From Anaerolineae bacterium (GTDB lineage Bacteria > Chloroflexota > Anaerolineae > B4-G1 > DUEL01): DNA of 50,137 bases. Positions 1 to 9,362 of the stretch are shown piece by piece. The stretch covers positions 1 through 50,137 of the forward strand of contig JBDOIF010000038.1 in assembly GCA_041082215.1 (NCBI GenBank). Direction: 5' to 3'. How positions within the stretch are numbered: the stretch's first letter is position 1; each line of letters opens with the position of its first letter. A program made the translations under genes and the position numbers. Below the pieces are notes generated by a model. The model saw nothing but the letters and a program-made list of their open reading frames with translations. It was not told the DNA's origin and did no database searches.

Positions 1-62
1 ACCCTCAGGTCAGGGTTGAAGTATACCATAAACGGTCGGTTTTCCAAGGTGGTCCACCCGAA

Positions 63-230
63 GTTTGGACGGAGTTCGGACACAGGCGCCCATCGGCCGC
101 TTCTGACCTCACCCCATCCCCCTCACCCTACCCCCTGGCCCCCTCCCCTCTCCCGCGCGGCAGGAGAGGGGAGGGGGTAGGGGGAGGGGTGAGGGTCGCC
201 CTCCCACCCTGTCCGAACTCTTGTCCGAAC
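63..230. repeat. Composite inverted-repeat element enclosing a CCCTCACCC...GGGTGAGGG hairpin
   Basis: GTTTGGACGGAGTTCGGACACAGG (~63-86) is an imperfect inverted repeat of CCCTGTCCGAACTCTTGTCCGAAC (~207-230); the interior has pyrimidine-rich and purine-rich arms that can pair. Confidence 0.55.
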
Positions 231-239
231 CCCATCTTG

Positions 240-268
240 TTGACATGAAAGCAGGGTCGTGTTATGCT
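240..268 (+). promoter_or_regulatory. sigma70-type promoter
   Basis: TTGACA (240-245), 17-nt spacer, TG-n-TATGCT (263-268). Confidence 0.7.
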
Positions 269-286
269 CAGGGGCCGGAGGAAAGT

Positions 287-1369
287 ATGGACCCAGGACA
301 ATCCAAAAGATGGGGAGCCCTTGCCGCTGCGGGGGGTACAGCGGTTGTGGTGCTGCTGTTGCTTGCAGTGGTGCTGAGCCAGGAAGCCACACGGCCTGCG
401 CCTCCCCCTTCCCATCCCTCTCTTACCCCTCCTGCCGACCCGCCCGTCGCCCTTGTAAACGGCGAGCCCATTGGCCAGAACTTCTGGGCCGAGGCGGCGC
501 TGGTGGACCAGGTGATGAGCGGCCTGGCAGGGGTGCCGGCCCCGTCCCCCGAAGAGACGCTGGACCGACTCATCAACGAAGTGCTGGTCCTGCAGGCTGT
601 TCCGTCCTATGAAACGCCGCCGGAGGCGGAGGTGGAGGCCCAGATCGCGGCGCTGGAGGCCGCATGGGGAGTGACAGATGAGCAGGCAGCGAGCGCCCTG
701 GAGGCGGTAGGGCTGGGCCGGGAGGCCCTGGTCCGTACGGTGGCCCGTCTCCTTACCGTGCAGCAGGCACAGGGGGCGCTGGAGGCAGAAGGGCACAGGA
801 TCGAGGATTGGCTGGCCCGCCAGCGGGGGCAGGCGCAGATTGTGATCTATCAGGAGCGGGTTGCAGCCCTTCCCCTCCTATCTTCCCTTCCCTCTCCCTT
901 CCCTCTCCCCTCCCCCACCCCGGAGCCAGCCCTGCCCCTGGCCCCCGATTTTACCCTGGAGCGGGTAGGGGGCGGCAGCTTCACCCTCTCCGAGCAGTTG
1001 ACGGAAGGGCCGGTGGTCCTGGTCTTCTTCAACCGATGCGGCTGAGGGCCGGATCGGGCGCAGCTCGTGGAGCTGCGAGATCACTACCGGGAGTTCCGGG
1101 CGCGAGAGGCGGAAGTTGTGGCCCTGGCAGTGAACACGCTGGAGGGTGTGGAGGGGGTGCAGCTCGCCGTGCAGGCCCCCTACCCTCTGCTGGCCGACCC
1201 CGACCATCAGGTGGCCGAGGCCTACGGGGTCTACAACCTCCTGGGGGATGGGCTGGCCGCGCCGGCCGTCTTCATCATCAACGCCGACGGGCAGCTCCTC
1301 TGGTCGTACGTCGGCCAGGGGATAGGGGATCGCCCCGCCGCGACGGACATCCTGGCCCATCTGCCGTGA
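287..1369 (+). CDS. Membrane-anchored SurA-N-like domain fused to an AhpC/TSA (peroxiredoxin-like) domain; probable selenoprotein with Sec at TGA 1043-1045
   Basis: ORFs 221-1045 and 1067-1369 share a frame; read-through gives APDFTL...VVLVFFNRCG-U-GPDRAQLVEL, a continuous redoxin domain; SD GGAGGA precedes ATG 287; N-terminal hydrophobic helix. Confidence 0.8.
1052..1082 (+). promoter_or_regulatory. Putative bacterial SECIS element
   Basis: CGCAGCTC-GTG-GAGCTGCG perfect 8-bp stem (1059-1077), extended by GATC/GATC; loop begins 21 nt after the TGA and starts with G. Confidence 0.7.
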
Positions 1370-1381
1370 GGGGACCCTCCG

Positions 1382-2119
1382 ATGGTCGGCGATCTGTCTT
1401 CTCCGGATCCCCGTGCCCTGCGGGGCTGTCCATCCCTGGTGTGGCGGGCAGGACAGGAGCGGCGGTTCCAGATGGTGCTCCACCAGGTCGAGGTGGCAGG
1501 CTGCCGGGTGCTGGACGTGGGGTGCGGAGTGGGCATGTACACTGCCGCTTTTCGGCGGGAGACTCCCCATGTTTTCGGCGTGGAGGTGGAAAGGGAGCGG
1601 GCACGGGAGGCGCAGACGCGGGCCTCCGGCGTGGTCCAGGCCGTCGGCGAACGGCTCCCCTTCGCCGACGGGAGCTTCGACCTGGTCTTCTCCCACGAGG
1701 TGCTGGAACATGTGGCAGACGACCGGGCCTGTGCGGTGGAGATGGCGCGTGTCCTGAGGCCCGGCGGCCGGATCGCCCTCTTCGCCCCCAACCGGCTCTA
1801 CCCCTTCGAGACCCACGGCATCTTCTGGCGAGGGCGGTATCGCTTCGGCAATATCCCTCTGGTCAACTACCTGCCGGACCCTCTGCGAAACCGGCTGGCT
1901 CCCCACGTGCGGGCCTACACCGCCTGCTCTCTGCGTCGGCTGTTCGCCGGCCTGCCCGTTCACGTCGTGCACCAGGCCTGCATCTACCCCGGCTACGACA
2001 AGATCGCCGCGCGCTTTCCCTTCTTAGCTCGCCTCCTGCGCAGCCTGACCTATGCGTTGGAACACACCCCTATGCGCGCCTTCGGCCTCTCCCACTTCCT
2101 GGTGCTGGAACGGCTTTGA
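1382..2119 (+). CDS. Class I SAM-dependent methyltransferase
   Basis: VLDVGCGVG motif I, LPFADGSFDLV, VLEHV, LRPGG. Confidence 0.9.
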   Translation: MVGDLSSPDPRALRGCPSLVWRAGQERRFQMVLHQVEVAGCRVLDVGCGVGMYTAAFRRETPHVFGVEVERERAREAQTRASGVVQAVGERLPFADGSFDLVFSHEVLEHVADDRACAVEMARVLRPGGRIALFAPNRLYPFETHGIFWRGRYRFGNIPLVNYLPDPLRNRLAPHVRAYTACSLRRLFAGLPVHVVHQACIYPGYDKIAARFPFLARLLRSLTYALEHTPMRAFGLSHFLVLERL

Positions 2120-2143
2120 CGTCTGACGTTCGGCTTTCCCCAC

Positions 2144-2172
2144 TTGCCAACTTCCCCACTTTCTGTTAGTAT
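2144..2172 (+). promoter_or_regulatory. sigma70-type promoter of the PBP pair
   Basis: TTGCCA, 17-nt spacer, TG-n-TAGTAT. Confidence 0.6.
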
Positions 2173-2208
2173 CTCCTCTAGCCATATGTTCATTGATTGG
2201 AGGTTGCG

Positions 2209-5200
2209 TTGACCCCTGTCCAGATCGTTCGACTGATCGCCCTGCAACGGCGGCAGCGGCGGAGGGCCCAAACCCAGACCGGCCCGACCCGCCTGTTGCA
2301 ACTGGTAGGAGTTGGGCTGCTCCTGCTCTTCGTCGCCGGGCTGCTTTCCGTCTCCGGGGTCGTCGGCGGCGTCGCTGGCGTCTACGCCTACTTTGCCAAA
2401 GACCTGCCGGAGCCAGAGCAGATCGAGGTCGTCGAGCAGGATTTCGAGACCACCCGCATCTACGACCGGACGGGCGAGATACTCCTCTGGGAGATTATTG
2501 ACCCCCACGCCGGAGATCGGGTGTGGGTGCCGCTGGACCAGATCCCCGATCACCTGATCTGCGCCACCGTCGCCATCGAGGATCGGACCTTCTGGGAGAA
2601 CCCCGGCGTCAACCCCCGGGGCATCCTCCGCGCCTTCATCTCCAACCTGCAGGGACAGCAGGTACAGGGCGGCTCCTCCATCACCCAGCAATTGATCAAA
2701 AACGTCCTCATTAACCCCGAGGAGCGGGTTGTAGCCGCCGAAGGACCAGGGATGCGGGATTACGCCCGCAAGGTCAAGGAGGTCATCCTGGCCCTGGAGA
2801 TCACCCGACGCTACAGCAAGGAAAAGATCCTGGAATGGTACCTGAACACCAACTTCTACGGCAACCTGGCCTACGGGATCGAGGCTGCCTCCCAGGTCTA
2901 TTTCGGGAAATCGGTAAGTGAGCTGGACCTGGCCGAGGCGGCGACACTGGCAGCGATCCCCCAGTATCCCCAGCTCAACCCGTTCGACAACCCCGAGGCG
3001 GCGCGGGAGCGACAACACCTGGTCCTGGACCAGATGGTCCGTCAGGGCTGCATCACCCGGGAGGAGGCGGAGGCAGCCGGGCGGGAGCCGTGGCATCTGG
3101 CCTCTGCCACCGAGCAGTTCAACTTCCTGGCCCCCCATTTCTCCGTCTACGTCCGCAACCAGCTTGAGGAAATGTTCGGGCCGGAGCTTGTTTACCGGGG
3201 CGGGCTGCGGGTCTATACGACGCTGGACTACGACCTTCAGCAGCAGGCCCAGTGCGTGGCGCAGGCCCATATCCGCCGCCTTTCCGGGGAGGACGGACAG
3301 GCGGTGCTCGAAGAGGCGCTGGCGGAAGGGTGCGAGGCGGTCCAGTATCTGCCACCCCTCTCGGGCTACGACGTGGGAAAGGACCACCACGTCTCCAACG
3401 CTGCTGTGGTCGTCCTGAGGACAGGCACCGCCGAGATCCTGACGATGGTCGGCAGCCTGGATTACTGGGACGATTCCATAGATGGCCGCTTCAACGCCGC
3501 GCTGGGCCTCCGCCAGCCCGGCTCCGCCTTCAAACCCTTTACCTACATCACCCTGCTCTCCCAGGGATATAACGCTGCCCACCTCTTCTGGGACGTGCGC
3601 ACCGCCTTCCAGCAGCCGGGCCAGCCACCCTACGTCCCCGAAAACTACGACCGGAAGTACCACGGCCCCCAGCGGCTGCGGCTGGCCCTGGCCCGTTCCT
3701 ACAACATCCCGGCGGTGGCTGCCCTCGAACTGGCCGGGGTGGATAACGTCATCCGCACCGCCCACAAGATGGGCATCAACAGCCTGGACCGGGGACTGGA
3801 ATACTACGGCCTCAGCCTCACCCTGGGCGGCGGGGAGGTACGGCTCCTGGATATGGCCTACGCCTACAGCGTCTTCGCCAACTACGGCGTGATGGTCGGA
3901 AAGCCGGTGCCAGCGGAGCAGCTCCGGCCCGGCTACCGGGAGCTGGACCCGGTGGCTATCCTGCGGGTAGAGGACCGCAACGGGAACGTCCTCTATGAAT
4001 ATAAGGAGCCGCAACGGAAGGAAATCCTCAGCCCTCAACTGGCCTATCTGATGATCAGCATCCTCTCCGACCGGCAGGCCCGCTGGGCAGCCTTCGGCCA
4101 TCCCAACTCGCTGGAACTCTCCGGCGACCGTCCGGCGGCGGCCAAGACCGGCACCACCAACGACTTCCGGGACAACTGGTGCATCGGCTTCACGCCCCAG
4201 ATTCTCACCGGCGTCTGGATCGGCAACTCCGACAACACCGAAATGGCCAACCTCCCCGGCTCCGAGGGAGCGGCGCCTATCTGGCACGCGGTGATGGAAT
4301 ACGCCCTGCGCGACGAGGAGGTCCAGCCCTTCGTGCGGCCAGATGGGTTGGTGGAACGACAGGTCTGCGCCCTCTCCGGCAAACTGCCCACCGAGCACTG
4401 CCCTGTGGTCACCGAACTCTTCATCCCTGGCACCGAGCCGACCGAGACCTGCGACATCCACCAGGTCTTCCGGGTCAACCGGGAGACGGGGCGGCTCTGC
4501 ACCGTCTTCACGCCTCCGGAACTCTGTGAGGAGCGGGTGTACGAGGTCTATCCGCCGGAGGCCGCCGACTGGCTGGCCAGCCTGCCGGAAGAGAATCGGC
4601 CACCGGTGCCCCCCACCGAGTACGACACCATCTACGGCCCTGCCCTCACCAACGCCGAGGTGGCCATCACTTACCCCTCCCCCTACGCCTACCTCTCCGG
4701 CGGCGTCATCACCATCACCGGCAATGCCCGGGGCGGCGATTTCGCTTTCTACCGGCTGGCCTTCGGCGAGGGGCTCAACCCTGCCGAGTGGATCCAGATC
4801 GGCCCCGACCACGGCAACCAGGTGGATAACGGGGTGCTGGAATACTGGGACGTGACCGGCCTGGATGGGCTTTACAGCCTCCAGCTCACAGTGGTGGACC
4901 ACAGCCAGGCGCTCCGCCAGGCCACCATCCAGGTGACGGTGGACAACATCACCCCGACGGTCGAGTTGAACTACCCGCCGGAGGGGAAAACCTACATCTA
5001 CCGTAAGGACGAATGGATCAACATCAACGCCGAGGTCTCCGATAACTACGCCATCGGGCGGGTGGAGTTCTACCGGAACGACGAGGAGCAGCCCTTCGCC
5101 GTGCGAACGGTGGTCCCCTACAACGTCAACTGGCCGATCACCGGGCTGGGAGAGCAACGGTTCCGGGTCGTGGTCTACGACGCGGCGGGCAACCGGGCCG

Positions 5201-5241
5201 AGTCGAAGACGGTCACGGTGAGGGTGGTAGGGGGAGAGTAG
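2209..5241 (+). CDS. Class A penicillin-binding protein (PBP1A family) with C-terminal Cys-containing and Ig-like domains
   Basis: Transglycosylase motifs EDRTF, GGSSITQQL, RKVKE; transpeptidase SAFK, SYN, KTGT; TTG start after GGAGG (start uncertain). Confidence 0.92.
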   Translation: MTPVQIVRLIALQRRQRRRAQTQTGPTRLLQLVGVGLLLLFVAGLLSVSGVVGGVAGVYAYFAKDLPEPEQIEVVEQDFETTRIYDRTGEILLWEIIDPHAGDRVWVPLDQIPDHLICATVAIEDRTFWENPGVNPRGILRAFISNLQGQQVQGGSSITQQLIKNVLINPEERVVAAEGPGMRDYARKVKEVILALEITRRYSKEKILEWYLNTNFYGNLAYGIEAASQVYFGKSVSELDLAEAATLAAIPQYPQLNPFDNPEAARERQHLVLDQMVRQGCITREEAEAAGREPWHLASATEQFNFLAPHFSVYVRNQLEEMFGPELVYRGGLRVYTTLDYDLQQQAQCVAQAHIRRLSGEDGQAVLEEALAEGCEAVQYLPPLSGYDVGKDHHVSNAAVVVLRTGTAEILTMVGSLDYWDDSIDGRFNAALGLRQPGSAFKPFTYITLLSQGYNAAHLFWDVRTAFQQPGQPPYVPENYDRKYHGPQRLRLALARSYNIPAVAALELAGVDNVIRTAHKMGINSLDRGLEYYGLSLTLGGGEVRLLDMAYAYSVFANYGVMVGKPVPAEQLRPGYRELDPVAILRVEDRNGNVLYEYKEPQRKEILSPQLAYLMISILSDRQARWAAFGHPNSLELSGDRPAAAKTGTTNDFRDNWCIGFTPQILTGVWIGNSDNTEMANLPGSEGAAPIWHAVMEYALRDEEVQPFVRPDGLVERQVCALSGKLPTEHCPVVTELFIPGTEPTETCDIHQVFRVNRETGRLCTVFTPPELCEERVYEVYPPEAADWLASLPEENRPPVPPTEYDTIYGPALTNAEVAITYPSPYAYLSGGVITITGNARGGDFAFYRLAFGEGLNPAEWIQIGPDHGNQVDNGVLEYWDVTGLDGLYSLQLTVVDHSQALRQATIQVTVDNITPTVELNYPPEGKTYIYRKDEWININAEVSDNYAIGRVEFYRNDEEQPFAVRTVVPYNVNWPITGLGEQRFRVVVYDAAGNRAESKTVTVRVVGGE

Positions 5242-5249
5242 AGCCTGTA

Positions 5250-8105
5250 ATGGCAGGGGAAAAGCGACACCTGACCTGGCCGGACCCGGCCCTTGAGGAT
5301 ACCCAACCTGCATTGCCAATCAACCCGGACGAGGTGGAGACAGGGCCGCTGCCGGGGGAGACAGGAGAACCGACCGACCCATCACCCCGTCTTGCTACCG
5401 GCATGACCCCCACTGCCGGCATCCCCCGTCCGGTGCCACCGCCCTACCGTGCCGGTTACGTCCCCCCTCAGAAGCAACCGTCCGCCCGCCCCCGCCGAAC
5501 ACGGCGCACGGGCGAACGGCTCCTGCGCGCTTTCTTCCTGCTCTCCCTGATCACCGTCGTCCTCTTCTTCGCAGGCTTTGCCGCCATCGTCACCGGCTAT
5601 GCCCTCATCGCCGCCCAGCTCCCGCCCCCGGAAGAGCTGATCACCCATCAATCCACCTTCTCCAGCTCCAAGATCTACGACCAGGAAGGGAACCTGCTCT
5701 ACGAGGTGATGGACCCCCACGGAGGGCGACGCACCTACGTGCCGCTGAACCGCATTTCCCCCTACCTGATCCAGGCCACCATCGCCACCGAGGACGCTGA
5801 CTTCTACCGCCATCCCGGTTTCGACCCCATCGCCATCCTCAAGGCGGTCTACCGCAACCTCCGGGCCGGGGAGACGGTCTCCGGAGCCTCCACCATTACC
5901 CAGCAGGTGGCCCGCAATCTCCTCCTTTCCCCCGAGGAGCGGTTCCAGCGAACCAGTTGGCGGAAGATCAAAGAGATCGTCCTGGCCTATGAGCTCACCC
6001 GCCGCTACCCCCGGGATACGATCCTGGAGATTTACCTCAACGAGAACAACTACGGCAACCTGGCCTACGGCATAGAGGCGGCGGCGGAGACCTATTTCGG
6101 CGTCAGCGCGGCCAATCTGACGCTGGGGCAGGCCGCCTTCCTGGCCGGCCTTCCCCAATCCCCCGTCCTGTACGACGTCTTCAGCGGAGGGCGGGAGCGG
6201 GCGCTGGCCCGACAGCGGGATGTGCTGCGGCTGATGGTCGAGCAGGGGTACATCAGCCAGGCCGAAGCAGCCGCCGCTGCCGAGGAGATCGCCCGGTATG
6301 AATTCAAGCCCCCCATCGCCGCCGACCGCATCCTCGCTCCCCATTTCGTCACCTATGTGCGGCAGGTGGTCGAAGCGGAGTACGGGCCGGAGGCCCTCTA
6401 CCGGGGGAGCGGCCTGCGCATCTACACCACCCTCGACCCCAGGCTGCAAGCGCTGGCGGAGCAGACCGTGGCCGAACACGTGGCCGCCCTGACTGACCGC
6501 CACGCCACCAACGGCGCGCTGGTCGCGCTGGACCCCTCCACCGGCTACATCCTGGCTATGGTCGGCAGCGCCGATTTCTACAACGAAGAGATAGACGGAC
6601 AGGTCAACGTGGCCCTGATGGAGCGACAGCCCGGCTCCTCCATCAAACCCCTCACCTACGCCGCTGCCTTCGAGCGGGGATGGACCCCCGCCACCCTTAT
6701 CTGGGACCTGCAGACCGCCTTTCCGGACGGCATCAACCCGCCCTACGTCCCCCGCAACTACGACGGACGGTTCCACGGCCCGGTGCTGGTGCGGGACGCG
6801 CTGGCCAATTCCTACAACATCCCCGCCGTCAAGACCCTCCAGTTTGTCGGCCTCCCGGCCCTCAAGGAGATGGCCGCCCGGCTGGGGATCACCACCCTCA
6901 CCCGCGACGACTACGGCCTCAGCCTCACCCTCGGCGGGGGAGAGGTCAGGCTTCTGGAACTGACCGGGGCGTATGCGGTCTTTGCCAACAACGGCGTGCG
7001 GGTCGCCCCCACCCCTATCCTCCGCATCGAGGATGCCCAGGGCAACGTCCTGGTGGACAACACCGTCCGCACCGGCGAGCAGGTCCTCCGACCGGAGCAT
7101 GCCTACCTGATCACCTCGATCCTTTCCGACCGGCAGGCCCGTTGCCCCGCCTTCGGCTGTCCCAACTACCTGGAGCTCTCCCGTCCGGCGGCAGCCAAGA
7201 CCGGCACGACCAACGATTACCGGGATTCCTGGACCATCGGCTACACGCCGGACCTGGTGGTGGGGGTCTGGGTGGGGAATTCGGATAACAGCCCGATGGA
7301 CAACCTGCCGGGGTCGCTGGGGGCAGCCTCGATCTGGCACGACTTTATGGAAGCGGCGCTGGCTGGCCGGCCGGTGCGGGATTTCGTCCGCCCACCGGGG
7401 ATCGTGGAGATGGAGATCTGTGCCGACTCCGGCACCCAGCCCAGCCCCTACTGCCCCCGGCGCAAGACGGAGCTCTTCGCCGCCGACCAGCCCCCCTTAC
7501 CGCCGGAGAAGGATTGGCACCAGCTCTGCGGCGGGCAGGTGATGGTGGTGATCGAGGATCCCCAGGGACGGGAGTGGGCCCAGACCCAGGGATGGCCGGT
7601 GGTCTCGCCAGAACAGTGCGCTGGCGGTCCTTCCGGCCCCACCGAAACGATCGTGCAGATCACCTTCCCCGCCCCTGGCTCCACCGTCAACGGGGTTGTG
7701 TCGGTCATCGGCACAGTGGTGATGCCGGACTTCGACCACTACGAGGTGCAGTACGGGGTGGGAGCAGACCCTGTGGGGTGGGGATGGCTCAGCGGGCCGC
7801 ACCTGGCCCAGGTTCAGGGCGGGGAGCTGACGGTGTGGGATACCACCTCCCTGGCCCCCGGCCTCTATACCCTGCGGGTGACTGCCTGGGATCGGCATGG
7901 GCGGCGGGTGGAGGGGCGGACCCAGTGCTATGTGGGGACCCCGCCGGAAATGCCGACGCCCACTCCGGCCCCGCCTCCCGCCCCTACCGACACCCCTCCG
8001 CCTGAGCCGACCGTCCCGCCGCCGCCCCCGCCCGAGCCGACTGCCACGCCGGAACTGGCGGCGACCCCCGCTGCTCCGTGGCCCTCCCCCACACCGACAC
8101 CGTAA
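5250..8105 (+). CDS. Class A penicillin-binding protein (PBP1A family), paralog with Pro/Thr-rich tail
   Basis: EDADF, GASTITQQV, RKIKE; SSIK, SYN, KTGT. Confidence 0.92.
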   Translation: MAGEKRHLTWPDPALEDTQPALPINPDEVETGPLPGETGEPTDPSPRLATGMTPTAGIPRPVPPPYRAGYVPPQKQPSARPRRTRRTGERLLRAFFLLSLITVVLFFAGFAAIVTGYALIAAQLPPPEELITHQSTFSSSKIYDQEGNLLYEVMDPHGGRRTYVPLNRISPYLIQATIATEDADFYRHPGFDPIAILKAVYRNLRAGETVSGASTITQQVARNLLLSPEERFQRTSWRKIKEIVLAYELTRRYPRDTILEIYLNENNYGNLAYGIEAAAETYFGVSAANLTLGQAAFLAGLPQSPVLYDVFSGGRERALARQRDVLRLMVEQGYISQAEAAAAAEEIARYEFKPPIAADRILAPHFVTYVRQVVEAEYGPEALYRGSGLRIYTTLDPRLQALAEQTVAEHVAALTDRHATNGALVALDPSTGYILAMVGSADFYNEEIDGQVNVALMERQPGSSIKPLTYAAAFERGWTPATLIWDLQTAFPDGINPPYVPRNYDGRFHGPVLVRDALANSYNIPAVKTLQFVGLPALKEMAARLGITTLTRDDYGLSLTLGGGEVRLLELTGAYAVFANNGVRVAPTPILRIEDAQGNVLVDNTVRTGEQVLRPEHAYLITSILSDRQARCPAFGCPNYLELSRPAAAKTGTTNDYRDSWTIGYTPDLVVGVWVGNSDNSPMDNLPGSLGAASIWHDFMEAALAGRPVRDFVRPPGIVEMEICADSGTQPSPYCPRRKTELFAADQPPLPPEKDWHQLCGGQVMVVIEDPQGREWAQTQGWPVVSPEQCAGGPSGPTETIVQITFPAPGSTVNGVVSVIGTVVMPDFDHYEVQYGVGADPVGWGWLSGPHLAQVQGGELTVWDTTSLAPGLYTLRVTAWDRHGRRVEGRTQCYVGTPPEMPTPTPAPPPAPTDTPPPEPTVPPPPPPEPTATPELAATPAAPWPSPTPTP

Positions 8106-8137
8106 GCGCGAAAGGGCACTCTGTGCCCCGTGGCGTT

Positions 8138-8848
8138 TTACCCACCGCCTGATCTCCGCGCGGCCCGCCAGATGTTGGCCCGCGCACGGCTCTGATACGG
8201 CCCCAGGCTGCGCAGGAACGCCTCGACCTGCTGACGGCGGGAGTCGCTGCTGTAGGGGCAGGGAGGGGCAGGCGGGAAGCCGGCGGCGCTGGCATAGTAG
8301 ACCAGCTCCCTGGCCGGGATGTAGATGAGGGGACGGATAACCGTGATCCGTCCGCCAAAGAAGGACACCTTCGGCTCCAGCGTCTCCAGCCGGCCAGCAA
8401 AGAGGAGGTTCAGGAGGGCGGTGACCGCGGCGTCGTCGGCGTGGTGGCCGAAGGCCAGCTTGTTGCAGCCCAGCCCGTCCGCCGCCAGAAAAAGGGCCTT
8501 CCGCCGGTTCCAGGAGCAGCGAAAGCAGTTGAGGGGAAGGGGTTCCCCCGGCGGAAGCTCCAGCTCCACGAAGCGGTAGGCTACCCCCAGCTCCTGAAAC
8601 CAGGGCTCCAGCACCCCGGTCAGGTCAGGGAATCCGGCATGGGTCCCCACCACGTGAAGGGCGACGAGTTCGTAGGGGAAAGGGACCTGCGCCTGATACC
8701 GCAGGAGCAGGTCCAGAAGGGAACGGCTGTCCTTGCCTCCTGAGACCGCCACGGCCACCCGGTCCCCCTCTTCGAGCAGGCCGAACTCTTTGCAGGCCCG
8801 GGCGACCGGCTTCAGGAGGAACGAGGCGATACGGCTGGGATCGCTCAT
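8138..8848 (-). CDS. ttcA: tRNA 2-thiocytidine biosynthesis TtcA-family protein
   Basis: PP-loop SGGKDS, CFRC, GHHADD, IRPL. Confidence 0.8.
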   Translation of the reverse strand: MSDPSRIASFLLKPVARACKEFGLLEEGDRVAVAVSGGKDSRSLLDLLLRYQAQVPFPYELVALHVVGTHAGFPDLTGVLEPWFQELGVAYRFVELELPPGEPLPLNCFRCSWNRRKALFLAADGLGCNKLAFGHHADDAAVTALLNLLFAGRLETLEPKVSFFGGRITVIRPLIYIPARELVYYASAAGFPPAPPCPYSSDSRRQQVEAFLRSLGPYQSRARANIWRAARRSGGG

Positions 8849-8864
8849 CGCCAACGATGGCGGG

Positions 8865-9293
8865 CTACCCCTCGCTCAATGCCTTGACGTTGGCAAGGGT
8901 TTGTTCGGCCATCTTCTCGAAGGTCTTTGTCACCAGCCCTTCCGCCAGCTTGGCCGGGCCGCTGAGGGTAGCCTCGATCCTGAAGGTGATGCGGGTTCCC
9001 CCCTCCACCCGCTCATAATTCCACAACTGGTATCCCTTCGCCGCCGGGCCGACGAACTCCCCCTTCCAGCGTTCGCCGGGAATCGCCTCCACGACAGTGA
9101 TCTGGGCGGGGAGAGAGATATTGGCTACGGTCAGGCTCGTCTCCACCACCGTTCCCACCTCGCCGTTGCCCTGGATGGATTTGGGCGGCGCGGCCCCTTC
9201 GAACCAGGTATGCCAGCGGGTGGGATCCTGCGCCAGCTTCCAGACCTTCTCCGGTGGAGCCTCGACGACAACGCTTTTTTCTACGACGGGCAT
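8865..9293 (-). CDS. SRPBCC (polyketide cyclase/dehydrase-like) family protein
   Basis: SVVVEAPPEKVW start, GGTRIT, C-terminal helix LANVKAL. Confidence 0.8.
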   Translation of the reverse strand: MPVVEKSVVVEAPPEKVWKLAQDPTRWHTWFEGAAPPKSIQGNGEVGTVVETSLTVANISLPAQITVVEAIPGERWKGEFVGPAAKGYQLWNYERVEGGTRITFRIEATLSGPAKLAEGLVTKTFEKMAEQTLANVKALSEG

Positions 9294-9362
9294 CTGATCC
9301 TCCTTGATTCAACGGTGGCTTCAAACCTCTCCCCCGGAAGGGGAGCTTTGTCGGCCATGCTG

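Noticed and set aside
1067..1369. Separate 100-aa redoxin gene, or a nonsense pseudogene
   Set aside because: It would lack the active-site region; TGA position and SECIS-like hairpin favour Sec read-through
2050..7340. Long antisense ORFs (2050-5319, 5382-7340; likewise 8733-10961, 38830-40869, 47841-50012)
   Set aside because: Shadow frames of well-supported genes in GC-rich DNA with no recognisable motifs
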